This document shows, piece after piece, positions 1 to 15,000 of a stretch of DNA of 64,000 nucleotides (its first letter is position 1; every line of letters begins with the position of its first letter). The translations under genes were made by a program, and so were the position numbers. Below the pieces are notes generated by a model. The model made no database searches. It was not told where the DNA came from and saw nothing but the letters and a program-made list of their open reading frames with translations. This stretch comes from Candidatus Omnitrophota bacterium (GTDB taxonomy: Bacteria; Omnitrophota; Gorgyraeia; Zapsychrales; Zapsychraceae): positions 739,359 through 803,358 of the forward strand of contig JBFWOS010000003.1 of the NCBI GenBank assembly GCA_050250375.1, read 5' to 3'.

Positions 1-3000
1 CCCCAGCCAAATCTAAGGCAATCCTTTCGGCTTCGGGACTATGTTCAAGATTTAGATTTACCCGACGGCCCTGTGGTGTTTCTCCCTTGGACGAACTCAG
101 ATCAATAAAAATAACATCACCGGATTCAGTAATAATCGGTGTGGCTTGAGCTTCTAATTTAATATTGTCTTTTTGTAATCTTTCAAATGTACTTTCAAAA
201 TTTTCCGCCATTTTTTGCTTAACCGCATTCCCGCCTTCTTTGGACATGCTTAAAGCCGCCATAGCCAAATCTTCCCCAACGTGCAAATCAATTCCGCGTT
301 CAGCGATGGCCTCTCTAAAGGATTTTTCATATCCCGTACCCAACAATGTTTTGAGGTCAATATTGGTAATATGCCCAACATCTCCAGTCTTAATAGCTTC
401 AATAATCTGTTCTGGTGTCATTCTTGAAAGTTCAAGTCTTTGAACAGAAAGCTGTGGACCCTCTTTACCCGACAACAATTCACCCGTCCGGATTCTCCCA
501 GCCCAAATAGCTGTTTGTTCTGAGTTTTGCCGCAATTGCGAGGCATCAGTTTCAACAGAAAGAACAAAAGGCGCTTGAAGTTTTCTGCCTAATTTTTGAG
601 ACAACTGTTCATACCGCACCTTTAATTCAGCCGCAATGGCCGGAACAGAAACCGAACTTTTACCTGAACCGGTCGCACCGGCGACAGAATAAATCTCACC
701 TTTCCCGGCTTCACCAGACATTACTTGCCGTTCTACTAAATCAAGTTGATAGTCTAATTGGTCTTTTAATGCCGCGTCCATATTAACCTGTTCTTGGTTG
801 CGACCTTTTTGCATAGCATTTCGCAACGGACCAACTAATTCGTCTTCTGTTGTTCTTTGCTTATCCTTTAATCCATCCGAAGCACCGACGCGCAGGCGAG
901 ACGTTGATGTTTCAGCTGAAGTTCCTCTTCTGGACATTAAGAACGGGAGGGTGGTTGAAAGTATTCCGGTTGGCGGACCGGTGATTGGAGGAGTAAGAAT
1001 ATCCGGCAACTTAAGCGGACTATCCGGAGCGCGCGGCTGTAAGCCGCTGGCTTTTTCCGCAATAGTCCGTCCCTGACCTGCTTCCCCAACATACCCTAAC
1101 ACATTTTCAACAAAATCATGCGGCGTGCTTGTAGACAGCCTATCCGCTACTTCAGCAGACACGACCACTTTTCCCAAATCCATCATATCTTTTTGACGGG
1201 TGCGAGCCATTTCAGAAATTTCATGCAATCGAACAGAACCTTCACCATTATGGATTAAAACTGTTCGGGTGCGCCCATTGCTGCCAGAACCTTGCTGTGA
1301 ATACCAAAGACCAGACCGACCAATGGATTCCGCACTTGAAGCCAGAGGATCAATATATTCATAAACTTCAATGGCATTACCTTCAGTAATACGTACCCTT
1401 AACTGTCCATTACTATCCCGGAATTCTCTTACGCTTAAAGGTGATGTCCCCTGTCCTAATTGCTGCCGGGTCTCTGTCCAATTTTCCCGTCCACCGCCTT
1501 GCGCTTCTAATCTGACAATTTGGGTGTTCACAAGCATTTCAACTTGAGAATTAGTTAAACTTCGCGCACCATCCGATGCGCCTGTAGATGAATCAGAAGC
1601 CATATTAGTTGTTGGATTATTTGCCCTCCACTCTCGTAACTCGCTTACTTGCGCAGATCGCCATCCATTAAACTCAGCATTTTGAGCTGCTAATTGTTCT
1701 GCCTGTGAACGACTTAAAGGTGTTCCGCTTGTTTGTTCCGCTTGACCTTTAGAATCCGCCATGATTTGATCTACATTAGTAGTTTTTTCCGGAGCAAATC
1801 TTAGAGCTTGTTCTAATATGTCCGCCCCTTCGACATTTCCGCGCGAATGAAGATCCTTTGCCTGCTGAATTGTCACCTCAAATACGCCTCTTCCTCCAGA
1901 TGTTAACGCTAATCCTAATTGGTCTGCTTCAAATCCTGTCCTAGATCCGACAGAACCCGTTTCTCCACTGCCGATACCAGTTGGCCCTCTTCGAGTAGAA
2001 GGAGTTATACCCGCTCCACTTCCCCCAGCCAAAGGCCCCTCTTCAAGTCCCGGGATGGTGCGACCTCTTCCGCCTGCCGCAAAGCCCGGCAAACTGTAAA
2101 ATGCTACCTGACTGGCCATTTCATCAACCTTTTGATCCACATAATTTCTTTCCGCATTCGCTTTAAATTGGGCCGCATCGGCGCCGGTTAATTCCTCATA
2201 ACCACGACTTCGTCTTCGGGAATTTTCTTCTCTAAGCGCTTGTTCAGCGGCAGCTGGGGCTGACGATTGTATAGATTGTATGAATAAATCATTTCCTCTA
2301 ATCATATTGGCTGTAATTTGATGGATGCTTGTTAGCTTTGCTACCGTAGCCAATTGCGAATGCATATATGGATGCGCCATCAGGGTGTCAAATGCCCCAG
2401 CCACATATTTTGTTTCTCCTGTAGCTGTCGTTCGGGCAAAGGCAATTGAAGATAATCTTTTTTGACCTAAAGCTAATGGCAAAGCTATGTCCGTACCCAT
2501 ATCAAATCCGGAAAGCATATGAACCAACATTGAGTTAAATATACCTATTTCTCTTCCTTGCGCATCAACGAGGAATAATTTATTTAAAGCGCCCCTGAAA
2601 TGTTGCGCCATTGTTTTATTATCATTTCCCATAGAAGATGTAATTATTCCTTCCACCGGAACCGTCATGGCCGCAAAGGCCGGCATAATTAAGGCAAAAT
2701 CCGCGGCCCCAAACATTGTGACAGACCGAACCAACTGTGGATTGTCTAGAAGAACCCGCAAACTCAATTGTTCCTTTGCTAATTCACCCAATACCTGCTG
2801 GCGAGCAAACTGCAACCCTCCGCGCATTGCGCCCATCACCCCACCGATAGCGCCACCTCCCAACGCATATAAAAGAGTGTTACCGGATAACAACGATTCA
2901 CTTACACTTTTTCCATTAGCCAAATTCGCAGAGACCCCCACACCATACCCCAATAATGCCCCCGAACCGGAGCCTAAAGCACTTTGACGTGCTATATATC

Positions 3001-6000
3001 CACCCAAAGTTTCATTGGTAAAAAATTTCCCAAGCCCTTGTTTAGTTGAACTGCTTAGCAACAGACTGTCTCTTAAAGGAAGGCCTTGCGGATTAACTCC
3101 CTTTGCCCATGCCGCCATCCTATTTACTGATCCTACTACTTCTGTTTTTGGCATACTTATTCCAATGGCCTCGGCTAACGACGATCCCCCGAAGTAAGAC
3201 GAAACAAAATAACCCGCTGCGGCGTTCAATAAGTATCCTGTTAGCCCATATTCCACAGGTTTTCCGTCTTTATCTATCTTATAATAAGTTTCCGCATGAG
3301 CTCCTAGCGCACCCATTAGGGCAAACCTTGGCCCTAATAAGCTTCCTACGCCTCGCTTAACGGCGACCTCTTGACCAAATAATTTAAAAATTTGCCCGCC
3401 GCCCATTTGAAGCGCTTGCATATTTGTCCCCAAACGCCCCCTAGATAATATTCCAGGTAAATTACGCCCTCCCAATACAGTGCCTAAAGCAGCTCCAACC
3501 AAAAAATCACCTGCAGTAGCACCAATTCCATTATTATGCTGTCCATCCCGAGCAAAATCTGCTCCAGCGCCACGAGCCATATTAAATACGCCTCCTGGCA
3601 GTGCACGCGTCATAATCACCCGTCGGGTGGCTTCTGTCATTGAGATGCCTAATATTTTTGTATTTTGAAGATTTAACGCTCGGCCAGCAATTAAAAAATC
3701 TTGGAAGGTTGCCGTTTCTTTCAACCCAAGGGTATAAATATTCATGAACCGTTGTCCTGCGGCCGTTTTAAGTAATCCCAAACCCAGTCCGCCTACAACC
3801 AACGCCCCCGCAAATCCAGCCCCATAACCTTGAGCAAAAGACTTTATAAACTCATACCCACTAAAGTCTTTCCCAGACGCAATTACGCCGCCAAGATATC
3901 CTGCTTGATTTCCTAACCCGGCAATTAAACCGAAATCTCTTGCTCCAACAAATAAATTCCTTGCTGACGTAGATGTCAACGCTGAAGCCACGGCCGCACC
4001 TCTGGCGCCGCCCACATATGTAAATGCACGCGTTAATAGTCCAGGCGTTGCTGCTACTGTTGCTGCTCCGGCCTCGGCCGCAGCGCCAGCCTTTACACCA
4101 CCGCCAAGCATGGTAAGACCCCGGCCAACAGCAAGCACCGAAAGCGGCGCAGAAGCCCCAACTAAAGCCCAATTTCCTAAATTATTTCCAATATTATCCC
4201 ATCCGCCGGACATAACATTATAACTCGCACCAAGCCCAGTTGCCAACGCTGATGTCGCCGCTGATAATTCTAAAAATCCAACCACTCGAGCTAAATTTGG
4301 GGCATTTTGAATACCCACTCTTGCCAACGTATAAGTACCAGCCGTTAACATTGCTGTGGTTGTATATCTAGTGGTCGCAGTACCAACTGTTCCCAAGAAA
4401 CCAAATCTTAACGGTGTGATTGCGCCTAAGACCCCATACAAAGCAATTTCTCCCCCCGTGAGGTGTCTACCCGTTTCACCGTGTTTTAAAATGTCCGCAC
4501 CTATGACTGATGTGGCAGCGACCCCTGTTGCAATAAGGCCACCAGCTAAAACTTTGGAACCAGCTACAGATGGATCAAAAAACGTACTAACAATTCCGAA
4601 AATGGCTCCACCAACGATTAATGTGTATCCGCCGAGTTCAGACCAAGTGACCGCATCATTCACGGCTAACATCGGAGTCCCGTATTGCATCATCTGATCG
4701 ACAGACATTTTTGACAACACCAAATCCATCTGTTCCCGATTAACTCTTCTCATCGCATCAACATATGCCGGATTAATAGCCCCACTATCTAAGGTAAACG
4801 AAATCCCATCAATAGCATTCTCCCGAATACTGTAATAACGGTCTCTATCGCTTGAACTTGTCAATATGCGCGCTAGGCCAATTTGTTCTTCTGAGGATTG
4901 CCCTAACATAGAACCATCAAACAATAAATCATCATCATTACCGAAAACGGTTGATCGAGCAAAAAAGAAATTTTTTGCCCTTTGCAACGCCCCCTCAAAG
5001 TTGTGAATTGAAGCTACTTCCTGCTGAAGTGCGGCACGCTGTTCTTTTAACTGAGTCAACCGTTGTCTGTCCGTTGGACTTAATCTATCAATTGCCAATT
5101 GGTCTATATCGACGTAATCATAGGGCCCCACACCCATCCCCATGTCTCCCCCTCCGCTATTAGCGAAATAATCTGTCCAATGCCTTCCAGATCTAATAAT
5201 GGCTCTTATCTGACTATTTAAGGAATCAACCTGGTCTTCTTTCGCTGAAAGCGTGCGCGCTAAAGCAGACCTTTCATCCTCTAAAGCAAGTTCATTTTGT
5301 GCATCCTGCAGTAACGATTCGGTTATTTGCCGATATCGTTCAGACTGGACTATTGTATGAAACTCTCTTGATTGTGAATAAAATGCTGCGGCAAATTGTT
5401 CCCTAGTAGCCGATGTGCCGTTTTCGTTAAAATACAATACATCTGGTAAATTGAATGGATTTCCTTCCCTATTATCTCGAACCAGGGTGTACATTGTCAT
5501 ACCACCAACTGTTCGCTTTGTTCCATCGGGATCTGTCACCTCGATTCCTCTGATCCGTTGGGCCTGATAATTCGGGAAAAATTTCCTCCCCTGAGGTGTG
5601 CTTATAAGAGCTCCATTTATTAATCGACCATTCACCTCCAAACCAAAAGAATTTATTACCGCATGTACTTCGTCTCCTTCTTTAACGAAGCTCAAATTCT
5701 GGATAAGATCCCCTCGCATTCTTGTGTGACGATTAATCGTTGCTTGATCATCCCCATAGTAAATATTTTCAAAGTTGCGTTCTAATATGCTCTCAACATT
5801 CGTCTCTCCTCCCAGAAAAGCATAAATAACTTGCTCCGTAGTTCCCCGCCTTGTTACCCCGTATAAGAGGACAGGCGCCCTGTCCGTAATACCGCCCGCA
5901 TTAGAAAGCGTTATAGATTTAGCCTGTGAAAACTCAGGAAACACACCAGCGCGAGGAATTCCGCGCTCAGAATCAGCTCCCGCATAATATTTCATTTCAA

Positions 6001-9000
6001 AATTTCGATCTACGATTGTTGTGCTATCCTGACCCCATAACGGAAAATCCTGCATGACATTCCCTGTCGAACCTTCTGCGCGGAGAGTAGAGTCCAACCG
6101 AATGACAATTTCTTTATTTTCATCGCGTGAAAAAATCCTTCCAGGTAAATCCGAAGGAGTAGGCTGAATTGTCGGATCATCTTGCTGAGTAGACCCAATA
6201 GCTAAGGATAATCGGCCATCGCTTCCTAGAATAATTTTTGTTAAAACTGTTTCGCCTTCCCCTCTAACACGGGTTGTCTGAATAACATTTTCTTTGCCCC
6301 GATCCAAGAAGATATCCGGAGAAGACTCCCTGTAACCTGCTTCCAATCTACCGTCAGCCGTAGCATCTTGCCTAACCCTTGCCGCCACCTCTCTGGCTTG
6401 GGTCCTGGCTACATTTTCATCCAGCTGACCGGACGCGGTTCGTCCATTAATATCGTAGGTTCTGCCATCATTCATCTGAACCCGAATCACGCCCGTTTCG
6501 CGGTCAACGACAACTTCTCCTATCTTAGTATTATCACTTCGCCTGATATCCTCTCTTACTACGTTCTGTTGAGCATTGGCTCCTGGTAACGCTGAGGCGT
6601 TAACAAACACTTCCCCACCTTGAAGGATAAGCGCATCCCGCAATTTTCCTGTCCTGTCACGATATAGGTATACATTATTTCTTCCTGTAATATATGTTAC
6701 AGCTCGCTCTATCCCACCCCTCCGTGAATAGTTTGACCATACCTCACCAGTCGGGTTGTTCAAATATGTCGCAAATCCTCCGTCCGCGCTTGTTAATGTT
6801 TCCCCATTATCTCTGAAATTGATTAAACGACCGTCATCGACAAGATCGCCAACTATCCGGACATTATCCGCATACATACTCCATTGATTGGTAAAATTGT
6901 AATAACGTGAATTGCCTCTGGCGTCCATGCTAATAATTGATCCGCCTGCATTAGTCGAAAGCTTGTTGGTTTGACTCACCTGAGCCGTTCCCCCGCCTCT
7001 TTCATTGGCAATTACTTGAGAAACACTATTTGAAACAATCAATTGGTTTGCTCGATTTATCGCCGCATTGGGTTCATGCTTAAAGAAATAATTGGAATTG
7101 GACATAAACTCATTAAAGGTCATACCTTGATCGGTGATTCCATAAAACAATGCCGTCTCAGTATTGACTCCGCCCGCCTGATAAAATTGATCGCCTTCTG
7201 CACGAGGATCTGAATCCGTCGCTAAAACATTATTTTTGATTGTTTGAGCATCAGCACTGGCCTGTCGTCCAGCTCTAAGAAGAACCAATCCCCGGCCGCC
7301 ACCCTCATCAAGCGATTCAACTACCGCAGTTTGACCGGGATCACGGGAATCTGTTGTCCTTTGCTCAGCCGGCGGATTAGGCGCGTTTGGATTTTTATTT
7401 TTGTCAGGATCTAGATAATCTCTTATCACTTGAACCCCGTCGCTTGCTCCAATGAACAATTTGTTCCCGTCGCCAACCCGGGCTAAATTAAAGGTGGAAA
7501 CTTCTTCTCCCGAGCGACCTCGAATAAAATCAACCGCTTGTCCTAATGCTGTATAATAAACTGGTCCACTGGCGTCTCTTCTGCTATCAGGCGTGTTGTT
7601 TCCTCTTGAAGCGACAATTTCCCCCGCTTCCATACTCATGGAAGCTTCCGGGGAAGCAACTATAGTACCGTCAAAATATCGGGCGCTTCTGATCAGACCG
7701 CCCTCCCTAATCGTTCTCGTTCCAACAATCCTTAATTCACTTATACCAAACCCGACATTTGAAGGTACAGCACCTTCAGGTAAAGCTGGCGGTCGATCAG
7801 CACCAAACCCAGTTGCGTTTTCGGTGCCGGCGATCGCCCTTGCGACAGCTTGTTCAACATTATAAAAATCTCCCTGGGACTCGCTTCGCATGTTAAACCG
7901 TCCGTTTGCATCAATACCACCAATGGAACGTCGATTAACCGTCATCCATACTGTACCGCCCTGGGTTTCCGTTCTTCCATTGAATTCCGGGGATGTGCTA
8001 TTAAAAAGCCGCCCCATACGAACATCCCCGTTAATAGGATCGACCGTTAAATTCCCCTGCTTAATATTACCCGTCAACGGCACCAAACTGTTATTGGCCA
8101 GCAACATCTCAAATCGGCCCGTTGCCAAGTTAATGCCTGGTGAAGCGGCAGTTATTGTTGCCGTTCCGTCCGTATCAATCGGTACATTTAATGTCGCAGC
8201 CTCGGAGCCGGATTGATTGTCCCGTTGAGGTTCAGCTTCAGATTCAGCTTCAGTCGACTGAGTACTCGCTCTTAACTCATTTTTTATAGCTTCGGCTTGG
8301 GTAATAAATTCCTGCACGCCTTCCGTACTTTCCCCCCTGGCCGTTCTTCGAATAAATTCCGGATTTCTCACTTGATCCTCCGGTCTAATTGTTCTCTCAA
8401 GCCCTGGAGACCCAGCCGTCACAACACCAGTTAAGGTGTGGTACGTTAACCCCGCATTAACTGTTTCACTTATGATCGACCGGGCAGATATGGCTCCCAT
8501 CGCATCAGAAATGAGAATTTGATTTTGTTGACCGTTTTGACGTTCCGCCGGTGTAAATATCATAAGCCCTGTCGGCCCATCTCTTCGAATACCGCTAAAT
8601 AAAGCCAAATACGCTTCTCTTCTGGGCGTTAACCCTCCTCCTGCCATTGTTTCAGCACTCACCTCGCTGGCCAATCTGCGCTCTTGTGAAGCATCTGAAA
8701 CAACCACGTCTTGTTGGCTAATAACATAAGCTTCGCCTCGATTCGTAGGATCAACCGTTATCCATTCTTTGCGATCACCGTCATATACAAACGGCCGCCC
8801 TCTATTGGCAACAGCAACATAACCAGCCTCCCGGACAGCAGAAGCCCCCTCGCCAATTCGAGTTGACGCCCTGCCGGACAACGACAAGGCCAAGGCGCCT
8901 CGATTTAACTCATTTGGCTGTACCATTTCAGCGCCTATAATTTGACCATCTGGGCTGCCCCCTTCTCTCACAGGGCGAATGATATAAACCGTGCCCTGTT

Positions 9001-12000
9001 CCACTTGGCCATATACAGGCATCCCCTGATCATCTTGATAGAGAGCATTTGTAGTAGGATTATAATAAACTTGTTGGAATGGATTCTTACCAAAAACGGG
9101 ATCTCTTCTAACCAATTGGTCATTGCCGTCTCTGACTATATTGCTTGTACGAATGACGCTTCCCATTCCAATTTTAATGCCGTAATTTTGCTGAAAAGCG
9201 GATTCTCCATAAAAATCAAATGGTTCTACATACGCCTGGTCATACCGATCTCTTAACCCTAAAATAACAAGACCATTAATGGCAGCCTCTCCGGCAGGAT
9301 CAGGCCTCAAGGCCTGTGCGATAGTGGCTTCAGTTTTTACCTCATTTGATCTATTTTGATTTGACTCTGTAACAGGGGCGCGTAAAAATGGTGCTATTGT
9401 TGAATATACAGAATTTGTAACAAACATGCTCCTGGCCGCAGCACTATTATCATATCCTAAAAATCCCTGCGTAATGCCTGCACGTACAACTCGGTCTGTT
9501 TCGGGATTATAACGAAGCCTGAACAATGAATTCCCTAAATCTTCGGGATTAAGTTGCGGCTCTTGAATAAGCGTTCCGTCTGCGTTTCTAGCCCCCAGTC
9601 TCGCTTGTCCCATTTGATTGGCTTTATCAGGATTAATTATTCCTTCAGAAAAGAGAGCCCTAGAGGCCAGTGGCGTTCCAGCAGCTAAAACAGACTCCCT
9701 TGTCTCTGGTACAGAATTGGGGTCTGAATCGGCAGGACTGGTTCGAATACTAGTCGTTACGGGAGCCCCGCTTGCCAAGACTTGGTTCCCATTTTTATCC
9801 AGGATGAAAACATCATAAAATGCACGACCATTAATTACTTTTTCAATGTTAATAGTGCCATCCGCGTTCCTTGATAAAGTAGGGTCATTCGGATTGATTG
9901 CATCTGCTAAAATAACCTGGGTCGCAATCATCCCATCACCACCCGTCAACCCTTGTAAAAATGCTTCATTAATTCCAAGAGCTCTTAAACTGGCTCGTGT
10001 ATTTTCATCAATTGGACCTGCCGCAAGCATCGTCGCAGCCGGCCTGATCGCTTGGGCTCGATATAAAATATTACCAGCAAGATCCCGCGTAATAATTGTC
10101 ATACTGCTGCCCAAATCAACACCACCCCGACCAATATTAAACGATATTGGTGCTGTTAAAAATTGATTAGCCCTACTCGACAGAAGCCTTTTACCATCTG
10201 CACTATATATTTCTTCCCTGTCGGATGCCGTATAATTTATATTTACTGATATTCCATTAGCATAGGCCCCTCTGGCTAATGATAACATTCCGTTTACCCG
10301 GCCACTTACGGCAGGATCTATCCCCATTGCAGCAGCCAATTCTTCTGCTCTTTCAAGTTTTAACCCTGTAGATTCAGGATTTCTTACCAATACACCATTA
10401 TTTCCATCAGGGTTAGCACCTGCAATTAAATAGTGCTGGCCAATTAATCCTTGAATAGCTTTTCTGGTTTCTTGATTATCGTTTGTTATAATTTGAATGG
10501 TTTGCTGAAGAGTAAGAAAGTCAGACCTTCTGGTTCCGATAAATTTTAATACACCTGCTCCTTCTTCGCCCTCTTTAGGGGTAACAAAAGCAGCCGTTGA
10601 AATACCCTTAGTCAATGATGAGGCATCTAATGTAATTCCATCTTGTGCATTTACGACAGGATTATTAGAAACAAACAGTTCAAGTTGATTATTAAGATTA
10701 GCAACTACTTGAGATGAACCCGGAGCTCTTACCCGGGCTCCCCCAAATACAGTGTATACATCCCCCCGGCTTTCTATTTCCCGATTATGCGCCAATCGGG
10801 CACTATACTGCTGCGCAACAAACTCTCTCTGTTGCTCTATGGTAAATTCTTCTCCATCCCGCTCTCTCCGCAACCTTTCAAGATTTAAACGTCCCGCCGC
10901 AAATTGTTCTGCCTCATTCCTATCCCAACCGATTGCCCTTCTAAATCCAATCGGAGGACCCGGTTCAAATAGCGCATCACGATATGCTCTTTGGGACAAG
11001 TATAGCGCATCGTCCTTACTTTTCCCTTCTGATATAGCGTTTCTATAAGCTACAATTGACCGAGCAAATGCCTCTGACTCAGAACCAACAACCTTATTAT
11101 TCGTTAAAATAAAATTATCCGGCGTGTTTCCTGTTTTTCCTTGAGTGCTGGTTCTTAACGCTCCAAATTGAAATTCTTCACCACGCCTATTCATTAATCG
11201 GCCTTCTGAAATTTCTACATCCACGCCGTTTGCATTCATATAAGAAATAAAAGCAGGATCAACCAATGCTTGAATCTGCGTATCTTGGTTAGTTAATAAC
11301 GCAAGCTCGCCATCTTGATCAATTCGTACACGCTCGCCCGTAGTCGAGTTTACTCTATATAAGTACCCGTCATCGTCCCGTTGGAACATATACTGCCCGT
11401 CATACATATCTTGCATGGAAGTAAATCGTCCACCATTCCATACGCCCGCTGTTTCAGAAGTCAACCCAAAGACACTACTTAAAACTAGCGGATCAAATCG
11501 TTGAATCATTTTAAAACGTAATGTCCCCCCGCCAAGCCTGTCTACCATATTCAATCCATTCTGACCAAACCCGATAAAATCAGCACGATACCCGACTCCT
11601 GTTTCTGAAGGATTATTCTGATCAAATTCAAAACCATAGTGTCCGCCAAACAAATATGTTTGTCTGCTTTCTACACCAGCAGCATCTCTAAGCGCAAAGC
11701 TCCATCTTGTTGGCGCCCTAGCCTGGATACCTAAAGTATTTAAAGATTTGGTAAATGCGCTATTTTCACCAAGAATATTTACCGTATTTGAAGCTAATAC
11801 CGCATCTACAAAAGTTGGATTTTGTATATTTACTGAAGATGAACGAAGCGTATTGAGAGTTGCGTTAACATCGGATGCCGTTGCATCGTAGGCACCGAAT
11901 AACACCCCCCCCATTGTAATTAATTCTTCGACTCCTCGCAATCCAGGACTGTTTCCCCCTATTAAATATTCCCCTATATAACTATTAAACGTATCATAAA

Positions 12001-15000
12001 AATAATTACTCATGTTATTAAGAGGATTAATTTGATTGAACAAAGATGTAATTACTTGATTATGTATATCGTCATCTGATTTAACTTCACTTGCGTAGCC
12101 CATCTCAATTAATTCTTGATTGCGTTCCTTCATTCTCTTTTCTGTTAGCTCACGGTTTCTTTGAAACTGCGCGACTCTAATAGGACTTCCCCAGATTCCA
12201 GCCATATCTGCCTGCTGCATCCATCGCCCCATAAGAGCATTTCTAGATCTGACTGTCATTTCCGCATCAGACATCGTCGCATCAGCGCCTCCCCTTTCAT
12301 ACAAATCTCGCTGTAGCATATTCGTAGGGTCTGTCCCATTTAAAGTTCCCATAGCCACTAACGCCCCAAAAAGCGGCTGTCCAATTTCTTGGATTGCTCG
12401 CACTGCCATGTCGCCCCATATACCGCCATAAGTACTGTTGTATTGATTATTTATTTCAGTGGAAATACAGCTCGCCTCTTTACCTTTACAACTGGCAATA
12501 ACAGCCCCCATATCAACATACTGCGACCTTTCTGCTGTTTGCTCGATATCATCTAATTGTTGACTTGTTAAATCAGGATTATTGGCAAGAGCCAATTCCC
12601 GGGCAATGGCGCCCCTTCTGTTAGAAATAATTGCATCCGCCGCCGTCCCTATGCCCACATCAAGAGCACCCAAAATCAAAAGACCTGTAAAACGTATGCC
12701 CGCCATTTTTTGCCTGTCCAACTGATTAATCCCAGCACGATCTGATGTTGTCGCACTATCTTCCCATCGATCAAGTCCCGTAGCCACAAAATATCTAACT
12801 AAGCCACTAAACAAGATGGCCGACAATCCTAACATATTGTCTTTACTAGCTTGATTAGTAACTTCTGAAATTAAATTAGCTCTGGCCGTTCCTGTAATTG
12901 CCGACCGCCTCTCTTCCTCGGTGCGAGTCGCATTCGCTATACTAGCCTCCGTACTCCTTTCACTAAGAACGCTCTCCCCAGATGCGGATGCAGTCTGTGT
13001 GGCGCTTTCACCACCAATCCCCCAACTAAATCCTAATAAAGAGAAGAATGACATTTTTTTTGAAGTGCTTAAATATTCATTGTATCTCTCCTGAGCTTGT
13101 CGCTTAGCTTCTTCCGGATTATTAGATAGCGGCCTTGTGTCATTTTCCAACTGGGCCTTTGCATGATTTTCCGCCAAGACTTCCTTACCCCAAGCAATTG
13201 TAGTTCTAATAACGCTCTCAAGAACCATTAATGCCAAAGAATCCGGCTCTAACTTCTTATTAAACAATTTATCAAAAGCCTCAATAACAGCCATTTTAAT
13301 TGCTAGACCAAAAAGCCGATCTATAATAAAGTCGAGTTGCAAACTAAACGATGCCGTCAACCGATCCGTAAAATATTGACCAAATCCACCACTATTGGTT
13401 GTACCTGCTGGAGCGTTCGCTGCTCCCCCAGAAGCCGTATCACCACCAGAAGAACCATTAGTATTATTAGTATTTCTGTTAGTACCGTTATTTTTTTCTA
13501 ATCCGCCTTGTCGCCCCGCCCCAACACCTGTCTCCATAAAATAATCAAACGGCGTAGAGGCAATATCTCCGGCAAAGTTTCCGATTGCGCCAGACACTAT
13601 TCCAACAAAAGCTTGCTCTAAAATTCCAAGAGAGTCATCCTCATCATCAATAAACATCTTTGAGAGTTCTTCAGCCACCAATTTTTGCACATACATAGAG
13701 GTCAATGAATACGCCAACGCCGCGGGCAATTGCTGCGCGACTTGAGAAAATATTTGACCAAAAGTTGCTGAAAGCGTTGCTGACTTTGCTGTTCCAGCAG
13801 CCGCTTGTTCTCCGCCAACTTTTAAGGCAGCCCCCTTAAATAAAGACCCACCAACAGCGATAGCCATATTTAACAACATGGCTTGATTTTCGTTGCACAC
13901 CCCCTTCATGTAACAAACTGTTGCTACAGCTGATGCAAATTGGGATAGCCCATATGAAAAATTAAACGCTGCCGCAAAACTAGCAAATGAATCAAATGCT
14001 CCCGCACTGGAACTAAACAACTCTGCCAACTTAGCCAACAATTGGGCCAGTTTGCTCATTTCATTTGCAGCCTTAGCGGCTTCTGCTGCAGCGGTCAGCG
14101 CTTGCCCTATACCCCAAGTCACAACAATGATGACAAGAGTTGTGATAACCCCGCTCCATTCTTCGCTGGAGCTTACAAGACCAGGTAAATCATCTGATTG
14201 ATCACGCCATTTATCACCCCACACAAACGCCGCCATTGAATCTGGAATGAATTCAATTTCTAAGTCTTTTTTATTCTCCAGGTTTTTAGCAAGAACGAAA
14301 CCGCTTAATTCTGAAATAAATACATCTTTTGCTAAATATACTGGAAGACCTATATCATTATAATAAATTTTATTATCATCAATAGCTGTGACCGTCACAA
14401 AGTGTTCGTTCTTGAAACTGGCAATGAAAGGGGGTTCCAATTTTACAACATCTTCAGGGGCTAATTTAGCATTTTTAAAATTTAAGCCATACGCATTTAC
14501 GATTTTACTGATTGAATAAAGAGATGTTTTTAGCTTTTTCTCCCCCGGCTTAACAATATTACTCATTAAATCTACCGTCAAGGAGGTCACAGATAACTCT
14601 TCTAATTCAATATCAAATTCATAAGATTTTAAAATATCCTTAAGAGAATAAACACCACAATTTAACGGATGAATTTCAGGATTCGTTAACCAATTTGTTA
14701 TCTGAGAAATATAGCTATCATTAAAATTATTATTATTTTCTAATAGAATACTATAAATTTCATTATTTTTATTGGAAGATTTAGGCAACTCAAGCTTTAC
14801 GCGTGAATTCTCTTGGTAGGCTATTTGATCTAATAAATTTTTAATGCTTTTAGAAATTTTGTTTGAAACTAAATCACTGGAAGATTCACCCTGAATGTGT
14901 GAGGTAGTTTGCGAAGGATAAACACTCTTATCTCCCCATAAGACTAAAGGATTATAATTAAACGCCCAACTAGCCTGCTCTGGAACAAAAACTAGTATAA

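Noticed and set aside
165-11048. About 25 short plus-strand (and a few minus-strand) ORFs of 60-113 aa listed in the track across the first 11 kb
   Set aside because: All lie inside, and out of frame with or antisense to, the continuous giant minus-strand ORF. They are Pro/Arg/Ser-rich, which is typical of antisense translation of coding DNA, and none has an SD.
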